Positions 8,927 to 18,900 of a stretch of 43,842 bases of DNA are shown one piece after another. How positions within the stretch are numbered: the stretch's first letter is position 1; each line of letters starts with the position of its first letter. Position numbers and translations under genes: made by a program. The stretch spans positions 35,821 through 79,662 of the forward strand of contig DOKE01000011.1 in NCBI GenBank assembly GCA_003510895.1. The letters are read 5' to 3'. The notes under the pieces were generated by a model. It did not search any database. It was not told the origin of the DNA and saw only the letters and a list, made by a program, of their open reading frames with translations. Origin of the DNA: Candidatus Moraniibacteriota bacterium. GTDB taxonomy: Bacteria > Patescibacteriota > Minisyncoccia > Moranbacterales > GWC2-37-73.

Positions 8927-10333
8927 ATGGTAAAAATTTTTTTAGGCAGAATAAACAAAAAGTGGGCAAGAATCGCCCTCTTATTTGTTGTGATATTTTT
9001 TTTGGGTTTTTACTTTTTTTCCTACGCGAAAGAAAACAAAAAGAGTTTTGCCATAAACTCGCTTGCGGTTTTGGACAAGTTTTCGAAATTTCTTCCGATC
9101 GAAAGCGATACAAAGAAAGAAATTGAGGCTGCGAACAAATTAGTTGAAAAATTCACCAATAAAGATGACAAAGAATATTCGTTTTTAGTGCTTTTGCAAA
9201 ACAATATGGAATTGCGTCCTGGAGGGGGATTTTTGGGGCAATATGCGGTAATAAAAATAAAAAATGGCGAAGTGACTTCATCCTTTGTTGAAGATGCCAA
9301 TCTTTTGGATCAAAGAATTTCAGCAAAAATTCCCGCTCCATATCCTTTCTTGCAAACAATGCAAATCAGGAATTGGAAATTTCGAGACTCAAATTTTTCT
9401 CCCGATTTTCCAACCAATGCGGAAAAAGCCAAATATTTTTATCGCCTTAGCGGTCGAAACAGCGATGGTTTTGACGGGGTGATTGCCGTGAACGCTTCTG
9501 TTTTGAATGATGTTTTGGAATTGACAGGACCACTGACTGTTCCGGGATATAATGTTGAATTCAATAGCGATAGCGCCGTTTTGAAATTAGAGGAGATTGT
9601 GGAAAAAAGATATTTGGAAAATCCTGATCTGGATACTCAAAATCGAAAAGCTATAATGAAAAAAATGACTCCGCTTTTGATTGATAAGTTGACAAGCTTT
9701 GGAAACATAATGAAATTGGCAAGTTTTGCGCAGTCGCAAATCAATAAGAAAAATATAATGGTGAATTTTGCCGATGCGGAACTTCAAAAAATGGTTGAGA
9801 AGGTTCATTGGGATGGTTCGGTTGACAAGCAATGGGACGGAGACTATTTGATGGCGGTTGACGCGAATATGGGAGCGTTGAAATCAGACTACTATATGAA
9901 AAGGGAAATGACCTATAATATTGATTTAACTGCGCCGAAACCTGTTGTTGAGTTGAAAATTCTCTATACGCATACGGCAAAATATGGAGACTGGCGAACA
10001 AGCGACTATCATTCATATCTTCGGGTGTATGTTCCGGAAGGTTCAAATTTGTTGGAAAGGAAAATGGTGGGATATCCAAATGTCCAAAATGATTTTGGAA
10101 AAACTTATTTTGGCTTCAAGCTCGATGTTCTAATCGGCGGTCAGACCGAAGCCTATGTCAAATATGAACTTCCGGAAAGATTTTCCAATATTGAGGAATA
10201 TAAATTATTAATTCAAAAACAATCAGGAGTAGGAGCTGTGCCGGTCAATATTCACATCAAAGCGGAAGACGGAGAATTTGACGCTCAGAGCGTTTTGGAA
10301 AAAGATTCAAAGTTTGAATTTAAAAAGTCCTAA
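8927..10333 (+). CDS. DUF4012 domain-containing membrane-anchored protein
   Basis: N-terminal TM (IALLFVVIFFLGFYFF) and the hallmark DUF4012 motif LLQNNMELRPGGGFLGQYAVIKIKNGEV. The alternative start is GTG 8903 (ORF track). Confidence 0.75.
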   Translation: MVKIFLGRINKKWARIALLFVVIFFLGFYFFSYAKENKKSFAINSLAVLDKFSKFLPIESDTKKEIEAANKLVEKFTNKDDKEYSFLVLLQNNMELRPGGGFLGQYAVIKIKNGEVTSSFVEDANLLDQRISAKIPAPYPFLQTMQIRNWKFRDSNFSPDFPTNAEKAKYFYRLSGRNSDGFDGVIAVNASVLNDVLELTGPLTVPGYNVEFNSDSAVLKLEEIVEKRYLENPDLDTQNRKAIMKKMTPLLIDKLTSFGNIMKLASFAQSQINKKNIMVNFADAELQKMVEKVHWDGSVDKQWDGDYLMAVDANMGALKSDYYMKREMTYNIDLTAPKPVVELKILYTHTAKYGDWRTSDYHSYLRVYVPEGSNLLERKMVGYPNVQNDFGKTYFGFKLDVLIGGQTEAYVKYELPERFSNIEEYKLLIQKQSGVGAVPVNIHIKAEDGEFDAQSVLEKDSKFEFKKS

Positions 10334-10342
10334 TTATAATTA

Positions 10343-10369
10343 CTTGGAAATCAAATTTCTAAGTTTTTT
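10343..10369 (+). terminator. weak rho-independent terminator candidate
   Basis: CTTGGAAAT / ATTTCTAAG 9-bp stem with one G-U pair, loop CAA, then TTTTTT (10364-10369). The stem is AT-rich and therefore weak. Confidence 0.35.
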
Positions 10370-10374
10370 CTCAT

Positions 10375-11556
10375 ATGCAATCATTTTTGATTAAAATTGG
10401 AAAAATTTTAAATGTTTTAAAAAGAGACGGTTTTTTTCGGGGTTTGAAAAGAATTTTTCGTGTATTTTCTTTGCGGTTTCGCAGAGTAGGAGAGGGTGAA
10501 GTTCTTTTTGTGACCGGCGGGCTCGGGGATAGCGCGATGTATCGGGCGCGCAATGTGGCTGAAGAACTGGATCTCAATGGGATTTCGACGGCTGTAGCTT
10601 ATGCCGATAATCCGCTTTTTGAAAAATACGTAAAACAATTTAATATTTTTGTTTTTCATCGCGTTTTATATTCCAAAAAAGTCCAAAAATTTATCGAAGA
10701 AATAAAAAAACAAAAAAAGGAAATTATTTTCGATACGGATGATCTTTTGTATGAAGAAGAATTTATCAAAAATACTGATTATTTCAAAAACATAAATTCA
10801 TTGGAAAAAAAATTATATGAAAACGGGCTGGGAAGTGAGATAGTCAATGATGATTACGTGAAAGTTTGCACAACAACCACAAATTTTTTGGCGGAAAAAT
10901 TGAGGGAAAAGGGCAAAAAAGTTTTTGTCGTTCCAAATAAATTATCCCAGCAGGATTTGGAAATTGTTCAGGCGGTCAATTATAAACGCTCCGCATCGCA
11001 TATCCCGCATTCTTCGATTAGAATTGGATATTTCAGCGGGACGGCAAGTCATAATCAGGATTTTGCTCAAATAACTCAGCCATTGGAAGATATTTTGGAG
11101 AAATATAAAAATGTCGAATTGTTTTTAGTCGGTCCATTGGATGTGGAAAGCAGTCTGAATAAATTCAAGGAGAGAATTGTTCAGTTACCATATGTTCCCA
11201 GGGAAGATCATTTTGAAAATATTTCCAAGGTCGACATAAACTTGGCGCCTCTTGTTGTTGGCGATCCTTATTGCGAGTCAAAATCAGAATTGAAATTTTT
11301 TGAAGCGGCGATTCTGGGCGTGCCGACAGTGGCAAGCGCTACGCAGACTTTTTGTGAAGCAATCTTGGATGGCGTGGACGGTTTTACGGCAAAATCAGAA
11401 AATGAATGGTTTGAAAAATTGGAAAAATTGATTTTAGAAAAGGAATTGAGAAAGAAAATGGGAGAAAAGGCGAGAGAGAAAGTTTTGAAAAAATATACAA
11501 CGCAAAACGCAAAAAATGAAGAATATTATAATTATTTAAAAAACAAAACAAGATGA
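10375..11556 (+). CDS. group 1 (GT4-like) glycosyltransferase
   Basis: C-terminal GT-B motif CESKSELKFFEAAILGVPTVASATQTFCEAILDGVDGFTA. Its end forms an ATGA overlap with the next gene. Confidence 0.75.
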   Translation: MQSFLIKIGKILNVLKRDGFFRGLKRIFRVFSLRFRRVGEGEVLFVTGGLGDSAMYRARNVAEELDLNGISTAVAYADNPLFEKYVKQFNIFVFHRVLYSKKVQKFIEEIKKQKKEIIFDTDDLLYEEEFIKNTDYFKNINSLEKKLYENGLGSEIVNDDYVKVCTTTTNFLAEKLREKGKKVFVVPNKLSQQDLEIVQAVNYKRSASHIPHSSIRIGYFSGTASHNQDFAQITQPLEDILEKYKNVELFLVGPLDVESSLNKFKERIVQLPYVPREDHFENISKVDINLAPLVVGDPYCESKSELKFFEAAILGVPTVASATQTFCEAILDGVDGFTAKSENEWFEKLEKLILEKELRKKMGEKAREKVLKKYTTQNAKNEEYYNYLKNKTR

Positions 11557-12506
11557 AAATTCTGATCACGGGAGGGGCGGGGTTTATTGGGTCTAACTTG
11601 GCTAAAAAGTTGATGGACAGGGGCGACGAAGTGGTGCTGATTGATAATTTCAATGATTATTATGACGTTCAGCTCAAAAAAGATCGCATTAAAAAATATC
11701 TCAAGGGCTATAAGTTCAAGCTATATAAGGGCGATATTCGCGATAGTAAACTTTTGGAAAGAATCTTCAAAACAGAGAAATTGGATAAGGTGATGAGTTT
11801 GGCGGCTTTGGCTGGTGTGCGCAATTCTTTATTGGATCCGATTGGCTATGAAGACGTGAATATTAAGGGAACTTTGAATCTGTTGGAAATGTCTCGAAAA
11901 TACAAGATTAAGAATTTTGTATATGCTTCCTCGTCTTCAGTTTATGGAAATAACAAGAAGCAACCATTTTCTGAATCAGATAGCGTTGATACGCCAATTT
12001 CACCCTATGCGGCCACCAAGAAGGCCACAGAGCTTCTGGCGCACGTTTATAGCCATATTTATGGTCTGAACACGACCGGATTGCGTTATTTTACGGTTTA
12101 TGGACCTTGGGGCAGACCGGATATGGCTCTTTTTCTTTTTGCGGATGGAATTACGAAAGGCAAGCCGATCAATGTTTTTAATAAAGGCAAAATGAGTCGC
12201 AATTTCACCTATATAGATGACATCGTTTCTGGCACAATTACGGTAATTGACGCTAATCTCAAATGCGAAATAATGAACATTGGAGGTGATCGCGAAGAAA
12301 CTCTGATGCGTTATATCGAAGTGCTGGAAGAGAATCTCGGCAAGAAAGCCAAGAAGAATATGTTGCCGATGCAACCAGGCGATGTTCCGGCAACCGTGGC
12401 GGATATTCGAAAATTACGTAAGCTCGGCTGGAAACCAACCACTCGCATTGAAGAGGGAATTAAGAATTTCGTGAATTGGTACAAAGAATACTACAAAGTA
12501 AAATAA
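11553..12506 (+). CDS. NAD-dependent epimerase, UDP-glucuronate 4-epimerase-like (CapI/LpsL type extended SDR)
   Basis: MKILITGGAGFIGSNL Rossmann motif, NFNDYYDVQLKKDRI, catalytic SPYAATKKATE (YxxxK), and the C-terminal PGDVPATVADIRKL...NFVNWYKEYY typical of this subfamily. Confidence 0.8.
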   Translation: MKILITGGAGFIGSNLAKKLMDRGDEVVLIDNFNDYYDVQLKKDRIKKYLKGYKFKLYKGDIRDSKLLERIFKTEKLDKVMSLAALAGVRNSLLDPIGYEDVNIKGTLNLLEMSRKYKIKNFVYASSSSVYGNNKKQPFSESDSVDTPISPYAATKKATELLAHVYSHIYGLNTTGLRYFTVYGPWGRPDMALFLFADGITKGKPINVFNKGKMSRNFTYIDDIVSGTITVIDANLKCEIMNIGGDREETLMRYIEVLEENLGKKAKKNMLPMQPGDVPATVADIRKLRKLGWKPTTRIEEGIKNFVNWYKEYYKVK

Positions 12507-12526
12507 CAAAAAATATTTCTTAATAT

Positions 12527-12555
12527 AAAAACCATCAAACAAATTGATGGTTTTT
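12527..12555. terminator. bidirectional rho-independent terminator between convergent genes
   Basis: Perfect 12-bp inverted repeat AAAAACCATCAA (12527-12538) / TTGATGGTTTTT (12544-12555) with loop ACAAA. The A-tract and T-tract arms give a U-run in both orientations. Confidence 0.6.
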
Positions 12556-12574
12556 ATATTTTACTTGTTTTTTG

Positions 12575-13252
12575 TTAAATAGCAGTTAGGATTATTACCA
12601 GTCCTATAGATAAAAATAAAAATAGAATTATAATTGCCCATAGATAGTAGTGTTTCAAGAAAAATGGTTTGTATTGTGAAATTCTTTGATTGAGTTCGCG
12701 TAAATCTTGCAATACGCCAGTATTTTTATATACGGGACGCATTGAAAGTTGTTGTCCGCTTGCTTCTTTTTCAGTCGAAACTTTTTCAAGCGGGAAAGAA
12801 AAATAATTTTTGTCATTAGTGAAAAACCTTGCATTTTTGTCTTTTTTTTCTTCAAGCGTTGCAATTAAACAGAACGTTTTTTCTTTTGAATTATTTATTT
12901 TCGGAAAATTAAAGATATGCAGATTTTCTGAACTTAAAAATCCTTTTTCTAGTTCGTTTTCGAATATAATGTTGGCGCAATTTTCATCCGCTATTTGCAT
13001 TTTGATAATATTGCCTTTATTTATTCCAGAGTGTCTCATTAAAACCTGGATCCTCATTAATCCATCGTATTTAGCGATGAATTTTTGTTGCAAAGATTGC
13101 TTTTCTTTAAGCTGCATATCTTCTTCTTTCTCTAGAACAATTTCGGAATCCGGAAAAGCCAGAAGTGAGAATAATTTAAAAAATATCAAAACAGTCAAGA
13201 TTATAAAAATCGCTATTAAAATATTTTTTTTGGCGATGTATTTGTTAAACAT
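12575..13252 (-). CDS. bitopic membrane protein with extracytoplasmic domain, unknown function
   Basis: 225 aa with N-terminal and C-terminal TM helices flanking about 170 aa of hydrophilic sequence. It lies 12 nt downstream of the GT-C-like gene. Confidence 0.5.
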   Translation of the reverse strand: MFNKYIAKKNILIAIFIILTVLIFFKLFSLLAFPDSEIVLEKEEDMQLKEKQSLQQKFIAKYDGLMRIQVLMRHSGINKGNIIKMQIADENCANIIFENELEKGFLSSENLHIFNFPKINNSKEKTFCLIATLEEKKDKNARFFTNDKNYFSFPLEKVSTEKEASGQQLSMRPVYKNTGVLQDLRELNQRISQYKPFFLKHYYLWAIIILFLFLSIGLVIILTAI

Positions 13253-13264
13253 ATATTGTTTATA

Positions 13265-14728
13265 TCAAAGATAAAATCTGTACATTATTACATTAAAAAT
13301 CAGATATGTTGTTATGGAAAACATAAAAATCAATCCAGTTTTAAGCGCTGTGTCGAAATAGTGTTGTTTCTTGAAATAATGGAAGAGCATTCCTAATCCA
13401 ACAAAAACAAGGATTATATGCGAAGCCAGGTTAGGCAGGAAATATCGTCCAGGAAGACCGAGCGCAAAGCAATCGCATTTACTAAAAATTCGCCAATCAA
13501 AAGAGCGAATTCCAATTTGAAGGGCGAAGATAATAATTAATAGAAAAACAATATATTTTTTTTCCGGAAGATACGCGGGCTTTTCTTTTTTTGAAAAAAA
13601 GAACAATCCGAGTCCGGCAAAAGCGAAGAATTGAATAAGCCAAATTAAATACGTTACTTTATCCAGGAAAAAACTGTTTGTCCAGCTAAGCGCTCCCCAA
13701 TAAGTATTGGCTGATGCTAAAAATCTTCCAACTGTCATTGTTGCGCCAAGATATTTAAAAAGCGAAGAGAATGTTTGCAAAATAGATCGATCTTCAAAAG
13801 GCATAAATTTTTTGAAATATGCAAAAAGCAAAACCAACGCGATTGCAAAAAATGCATAGAAAGCGTAGCGGAATTTTTTTTCTTTTGCTTTGATTTTTTC
13901 ATTGATGAAATATAGGAATAGAAGAGCTAGTATTCCGAAAAGGACAATACCGGAGCCCTTTGCCTTAAAGCCTATTAATGCCGCAAAAAACATAATTGCC
14001 AAGTTTTTCCAACCCAGTCCATTTTTTAGTGCCAAAATTCCCCCCAGAGTAAAAAGAAAAAACATCGGGATCATTAATACGTCATAATTTATATTAGAAA
14101 AATACTCCGAAAGTTTTGGGTGAAAAGAAATAATAGTAGTCAGCAGGAGACTGTTTTTTTCCGAAAAACCCATATTTTTGGCAATGAGATACGCAAAAAG
14201 AATTGCCAATGTTCCCAGGAAAACGGAAAAAATTCTGATCGTATAATATCTAAAAAAAATATTTTGATTTTCCAGAATTTTTTCAATAAAAGAAGCGGTT
14301 TTGTGATATAGAGAACCATTAACTATGTCGGGCGGATAAAATTTGTTTATCGGCGGGAGATTATTTTGATTGATTTCATTTTCATTCTTGCCAATATAAT
14401 CTTTGGAAAAAATTATGGTATTGGAGATGCTCGAACGCAATAAATTGTTATTTGTCAGTGTTGCAGTGTTTTTTATTTCCTCAGAGAAGTTATAAGTTTC
14501 AAAATTGTCTCTGTCTTTTTCCTCCATTTGTTTTTGGATTATTTCCCAATCTTTTTTTGCGGGTTCAGTTAAATATTGGATGGAGTTATAGTGTCTAGCT
14601 TCGTCTTGACCAACAAAAATCGGTCGAAGAATTGCCAAAAAAACTCCCTTAAAGAAAAAAACGGACAAAATCAAAAAAAGGATAAATCCTGATTTTTTGT
14701 AGAAATTTTCTGATTGCGAAATGTTCAT
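13265..14728 (-). CDS. GT-C-fold-like integral membrane protein (DUF2142/PMT-like), putative glycosyltransferase
   Basis: More than 10 TM helices and a first-loop acidic motif (VGQDEARHY) like the DE motif of GT-C enzymes. The ORF track starts at TTG 14824, abutting gmd. I prefer ATG 14728 (MNISQSEN...), which leaves a 97-nt divergent intergenic region. Confidence 0.55.
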   Translation of the reverse strand: MNISQSENFYKKSGFILFLILSVFFFKGVFLAILRPIFVGQDEARHYNSIQYLTEPAKKDWEIIQKQMEEKDRDNFETYNFSEEIKNTATLTNNNLLRSSISNTIIFSKDYIGKNENEINQNNLPPINKFYPPDIVNGSLYHKTASFIEKILENQNIFFRYYTIRIFSVFLGTLAILFAYLIAKNMGFSEKNSLLLTTIISFHPKLSEYFSNINYDVLMIPMFFLFTLGGILALKNGLGWKNLAIMFFAALIGFKAKGSGIVLFGILALLFLYFINEKIKAKEKKFRYAFYAFFAIALVLLFAYFKKFMPFEDRSILQTFSSLFKYLGATMTVGRFLASANTYWGALSWTNSFFLDKVTYLIWLIQFFAFAGLGLFFFSKKEKPAYLPEKKYIVFLLIIIFALQIGIRSFDWRIFSKCDCFALGLPGRYFLPNLASHIILVFVGLGMLFHYFKKQHYFDTALKTGLIFMFSITTYLIFNVIMYRFYL

Positions 14729-14825
14729 AATTGGATTATAATATATAAGCGAGAAAAAGAAAACCCAGGAGGGTTTATTTTGATTTAATAGAAAGAAATA
14801 AAACAGTAATACTAAAATAAGCAAT

Positions 14826-15869
14826 ATGAAGCAAAAAAAGGCGCTGATAACAGGAATAACTGGGCAGGACGGATCTTATCTTGCAGAATTTCTTTTAGAG
14901 AAAGGGTATGAAGTTCATGGGATAATTCGCAGGTCAAGTTCTTTCAATACAAGCAGGATAAATCATCTTTATAAAGATCCACACCTTAAAGATGTTAAGC
15001 TATTTTTGCATTATGGTGATTTATCCGATGGTAGCAATATCAGTCGTTTGATTGAAAAAATCCAACCAGATGAGATTTATAATTTAGCCGCGCAGAGTCA
15101 TGTGAAAGTTAGTTTTGATGTTCCGAAATATACAGCTGATGTTACTGGAATTGGAACTCTCAGATTGCTGGATGCAATAAAGGAGTCGGGAATTAAAACA
15201 AAATTTTATCAAGCTTCCACTAGCGAACTTTTCGGAAAAGTTCAGGAAACTCCCCAAAAGGAAACTACTCCTTTTTATCCTCGCTCTCCTTATGGATGCG
15301 CAAAAATGTATTCATATTGGATAACGGTTAATTATAGAGAAAGTTATAATTTGTATGCGTGCAATGGAATTCTTTTTAATCATGAATCTCCTAGAAGAGG
15401 AGAAACTTTTGTTACTAGAAAAATAACCAGAGGTTTAGCAAGAATATTGGCAGGAAAAGATAATTGTCTTTATTTGGGAAATCTTGAATCAAAGAGAGAC
15501 TGGGGTTATGCAAAAGATTTTGTAGAAGGAATGTGGTTAATGCTTCAGCAAAAAAATCCTGATGATTTTGTTCTGGCAACAGGAGAAACCCATACAGTAA
15601 AAGATTTTATAGAAGAAAGTTGTAAAGTGGCTGGTATTAAAATTAAATGGAAAGGAAAAAAAGAAAAAGAGGTTGGAATAGATGAGAACACCGGAAAAAC
15701 AATAATTAGAATAGATCCTAAATACTATCGACCGTCGGAAGTGGATTTATTATTAGGTGATCCATCAAAAGCTATGAAAAAATTAAAATGGAAGCCAAAG
15801 ACAAAGTTTAAGGAATTAGTGAAAATAATGATGGAATTTGATTTAGAAAAAGAAGGTGTGATAAAATGA
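14826..15869 (+). CDS. gmd: GDP-mannose 4,6-dehydratase
   Basis: Near-textbook Gmd sequence: [72 protein letters not shown]. Confidence 0.95.
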   Translation: MKQKKALITGITGQDGSYLAEFLLEKGYEVHGIIRRSSSFNTSRINHLYKDPHLKDVKLFLHYGDLSDGSNISRLIEKIQPDEIYNLAAQSHVKVSFDVPKYTADVTGIGTLRLLDAIKESGIKTKFYQASTSELFGKVQETPQKETTPFYPRSPYGCAKMYSYWITVNYRESYNLYACNGILFNHESPRRGETFVTRKITRGLARILAGKDNCLYLGNLESKRDWGYAKDFVEGMWLMLQQKNPDDFVLATGETHTVKDFIEESCKVAGIKIKWKGKKEKEVGIDENTGKTIIRIDPKYYRPSEVDLLLGDPSKAMKKLKWKPKTKFKELVKIMMEFDLEKEGVIK

Positions 15870-15924
15870 ATTTTAAATAAGCATAAATAAATAAAAATTT
15901 AATTAATAATATTAATAAGAAAGT

Positions 15925-16701
15925 ATGAAGGAAATAAAAGACATCATAAAAAAGATTTTAAGAATGGTTGGGTTATATAAAATTTGGATTGAAGTATTCT
16001 CATTTTTTACGACTGATCCCAGGAAAGAACGAGAAAGAATGGACGATATTTTGAAAATATATTCAAAATTTGTAAAAAAAGGAGATGTTTGTTTTGACAT
16101 TGGGGCTAATATGGGAATAATTACTGAATTACTTTTGAAACTGGAAGTAAAGGTAGTGTGTGTTGAGCCTCAAAAAGACTGTCTGATTATTTTGAAGAAA
16201 AAATTTGGAGATAATGAAAATGTTTTTATCGTAGATAAAGCTGTAGGAGAAAAAGAAGGCGAAGCCGAAATAGCTATATGTGAAGATGCTCCAACTATTT
16301 CAACTATGTCTGATAAATGGAAAGAGGCAGGTCGATTTTCTACTAATTATGAGTGGAATAAAACTCAAAAAGTTGAAATGATTACTCTTGATAAACTCAT
16401 AGAACAATATGGAATGCCATCATTTTGCAAAATTGATGTTGAAGGTTTTGAAGTATCTGCCCTGAAAGGATTAACTAAGGCGATACCTTTTATCTCTTTT
16501 GAATTCACGAAAGAATTTTTTGAAGATGCTAAAACTTGCATAAATCATATTTCCTCCATTGGGAGAGCAAAATTTAATTGTACTTTTTGTGAATCAGAAA
16601 AATTATTATTTCCGAACTGGGTTCCTTCGGAAGAGTTGATATCGAAACTTGAAAATGATAACAATTCTTCTATGGCCGGAGATATTTATGTGAGTTTTTA
16701 A
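15925..16701 (+). CDS. FkbM-family SAM-dependent methyltransferase
   Basis: CFDIGANMGIITE SAM-binding motif and FCKIDVEGFEVSALKG, the FkbM signature. Confidence 0.85.
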   Translation: MKEIKDIIKKILRMVGLYKIWIEVFSFFTTDPRKERERMDDILKIYSKFVKKGDVCFDIGANMGIITELLLKLEVKVVCVEPQKDCLIILKKKFGDNENVFIVDKAVGEKEGEAEIAICEDAPTISTMSDKWKEAGRFSTNYEWNKTQKVEMITLDKLIEQYGMPSFCKIDVEGFEVSALKGLTKAIPFISFEFTKEFFEDAKTCINHISSIGRAKFNCTFCESEKLLFPNWVPSEELISKLENDNNSSMAGDIYVSF

Positions 16702-16713
16702 AACATTTAATTG

Positions 16714-17610
16714 ATGAATAATCTTGATCATAATGAAATAGGGAGTTCGGAAATTTTGAAGTGCCCTTTTTGCAATAGTAGTAAATGTATATTGAGGAGA
16801 ATTTTTTTTTCTGAATTAAATAGGAAAGAATATAGACATTATTCTTGCTTGGGATGCGGAATTGAGTTTTTTGATCCATTGATCTTTGAGAATGTTTATG
16901 ATAACGAAAAAATGGGCGCGTATAAAGAATTTCATAAAGGGAGAATTGAATATCCCGAATGGACAAAGGCCTTTTTGAAGTTTTTGAAAGAGAGGGAAAT
17001 TATTTTAAGCGGAAAGAAAATATTAGAGGTTGGAATGGGTGATGGAATTAATTTTTTAGCGCTTGGTGAAAATTTCAATATCAGCTCTAAAGATTTTTTT
17101 GGAATTGAATTAGATAAAAAAAGTATAGAAGTTTGCAAAAGAAGAAAAGTGGAAAATATTTTTCAAGATTTTTTCAATAAGGAAATATTAGTTAGAATAA
17201 AAGAAAAGTTTGATTTTATTATCGTTACGGAAGTTCTTGAGCATCAAACAAGCCCAAGGGATTTTATGGACACGATTTTCAAATTATTGAAAAAAGATGG
17301 CACAATAATAATTACTGTGCCAAATAGAGAAAGATTTTTTTTACGTTTTAGAGAATATGGCGATGTTCCGCCTCATCATTTTCTTAGATTTGACAAGTCT
17401 TTTTTTGAAAATAATTTTAAAAAAGATTTAATTTATCTTAAAGATTATTCTTTTAACAATAAGAACTTAAAAAATTCTTGTAAGGCGTTGAGTGAAAAAA
17501 TTTTTAGAAATGAAAAAAAATACATATTATTTTTCCCTATTGTGTTAATATTGAGAATTTTGGATGCGATAAGGGGAGAAGGAATAATTGCAGTAATAAA
17601 AAAAAATTAA
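16714..17610 (+). CDS. class I SAM-dependent methyltransferase with N-terminal CxxC...CxxC zinc ribbon
   Basis: CPFCNSSKC...CLGCGIEFF zinc ribbon, ILEVGMGDGINF motif I, IIVTEVLEHQTSP. The ORF track starts at TTG 16711; the ATG is at 16714. Confidence 0.8.
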   Translation: MNNLDHNEIGSSEILKCPFCNSSKCILRRIFFSELNRKEYRHYSCLGCGIEFFDPLIFENVYDNEKMGAYKEFHKGRIEYPEWTKAFLKFLKEREIILSGKKILEVGMGDGINFLALGENFNISSKDFFGIELDKKSIEVCKRRKVENIFQDFFNKEILVRIKEKFDFIIVTEVLEHQTSPRDFMDTIFKLLKKDGTIIITVPNRERFFLRFREYGDVPPHHFLRFDKSFFENNFKKDLIYLKDYSFNNKNLKNSCKALSEKIFRNEKKYILFFPIVLILRILDAIRGEGIIAVIKKN

Positions 17611-17622
17611 TCTGGATAAAAA

Positions 17623-18900
17623 ATGGAAAAAATTATTAGAGCAATACATATAAACATCTTTGGGCATGAAATGAGCGATGCTATGAGAATTTTTTTAAAA
17701 AATCTTTCTTGGTCTTTTTTTGGAGGAATATCGGCAGCGTTAATAATGTTTGTTTTGAGTGTGATGGCAGGGAAAACGTTGGGCCCAGATGCTTTTGGAC
17801 AGTATAACTCACTTCTTTCTTTCGCAACAGCGCTAACCTTTTTATTTTTAATGGGAAATGATGTTAGTAGTGTAAGATATTTGGCTGATAATAATTACGA
17901 AAAAAATAAAGGGGAAATTTTTACCACCTCGATTGTCTTGGTATTAGTGCAATCTTTTGTTTTTGGTTTGTTTTTTTATATATTCTTTAATTTTGTAAGA
18001 ATAAATTTTTCACTGGAAAGTGATAGTTTGCTCTTGGGAATAATTTTCTCTTTTTTTCTGGCGATAAAGAGTCTATTTGATGGATATTTGAGAGCTTTTA
18101 ACTTAATAAAAAGGCAGAGTTTTATAAGAATATCGGATGCGATACTAGTTATATGCTTTTTTTATTTTTTCTATTATTTTTTAGATAAAAGTGATTATTA
18201 TTTTTATGCGATATCTGTATTGTTCGGATCGTTCTTTTTTATTTCTGCTAGTCTAATTGCTCTTAGGGGTAATTTAAGAAAGTTTAGCTTCAAGATGGCA
18301 AAGCTTCTTTTTGGGTATAATAAATTTCTTATTTTTGGAGCTGCAATAGGTTTCATAATAAGTCTGGAGAAATATTTTATAGGTAAATATGTTGGCGCAT
18401 ATGAACTTGGAGTATATAGTGCTTATCATGCAGCTTCTTTTCTTATAATTTCCAATATCGGAGCAGTTTTTATGAATGTTTTTTGGCCAAGTTCAATAAT
18501 GGAAAAAAATAATTTAGAGGCAATATTAAAAAAAATAAATATTTTATTTTTAAAAGCATTTCCTTTTTGGATAATTTTAAACTCGCTCTTTATTTTATTG
18601 GTAATATTTTTAATGGGAGAGAGTTATCCTTTGAATTATGTTTATATTGTATTTTTTTCAATTGATGCGTTTTTATCTTTTGCATTTTCAATTTTTAATG
18701 GGCTACTCAAGATTAATAGGATTAAAGAATTTGTTATTATGTCTTATCTTTGTTATTCCTCTTTAATTATTTTGATAATTTTGTCTAGAAACGTTATGTA
18801 TTATTTGGTTGGACAGGTTTTTATTTATTCTATTTTTATTTTATTTGCAAACAAGAGATTGGGGAAAGATTTTGTCAAAAATAATGAAGTTATAAGATAA
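17623..18900 (+). CDS. Wzx-like oligosaccharide flippase (polysaccharide biosynthesis protein, MOP superfamily)
   Basis: 425 aa with about 12 TM helices and an N-terminal pattern FLKNLSWSFFGG...AGKTLGPDAFGQYN typical of the Polysacc_synt family. Confidence 0.7.
   Translation: MEKIIRAIHINIFGHEMSDAMRIFLKNLSWSFFGGISAALIMFVLSVMAGKTLGPDAFGQYNSLLSFATALTFLFLMGNDVSSVRYLADNNYEKNKGEIFTTSIVLVLVQSFVFGLFFYIFFNFVRINFSLESDSLLLGIIFSFFLAIKSLFDGYLRAFNLIKRQSFIRISDAILVICFFYFFYYFLDKSDYYFYAISVLFGSFFFISASLIALRGNLRKFSFKMAKLLFGYNKFLIFGAAIGFIISLEKYFIGKYVGAYELGVYSAYHAASFLIISNIGAVFMNVFWPSSIMEKNNLEAILKKINILFLKAFPFWIILNSLFILLVIFLMGESYPLNYVYIVFFSIDAFLSFAFSIFNGLLKINRIKEFVIMSYLCYSSLIILIILSRNVMYYLVGQVFIYSIFILFANKRLGKDFVKNNEVIR

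Noticed and set aside
12810-13274. 154-aa plus-strand ORF.
   Set aside because: It lies entirely antisense to the 12575-13252 gene, has low-complexity F/S/I-rich content typical of shadow ORFs in AT-rich DNA, and breaks the operon logic.
14729-14824. TTG 14824 start for the GT-C-like gene, 1 nt from the gmd ATG.
   Set aside because: It leaves no intergenic space for either divergent promoter and runs through a stable hairpin. ATG 14728 gives a normal N-terminus. I have not fully excluded it, because the extension is hydrophobic.
17598-17607. Homopolymer tracts as phase-variation switches: A10 at 17598-17607, T9 at 16802-16810, 22375-22383, 22797-22805, 31129-31137 and 33204-33212, and A9 at 21050-21058 and 34579-34587.
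   Set aside because: Runs of 8-10 A or T are expected at this base composition and mostly encode Lys or Phe runs. None exceeds 10 nt, and there is no evidence of length heterogeneity from a single sequence.
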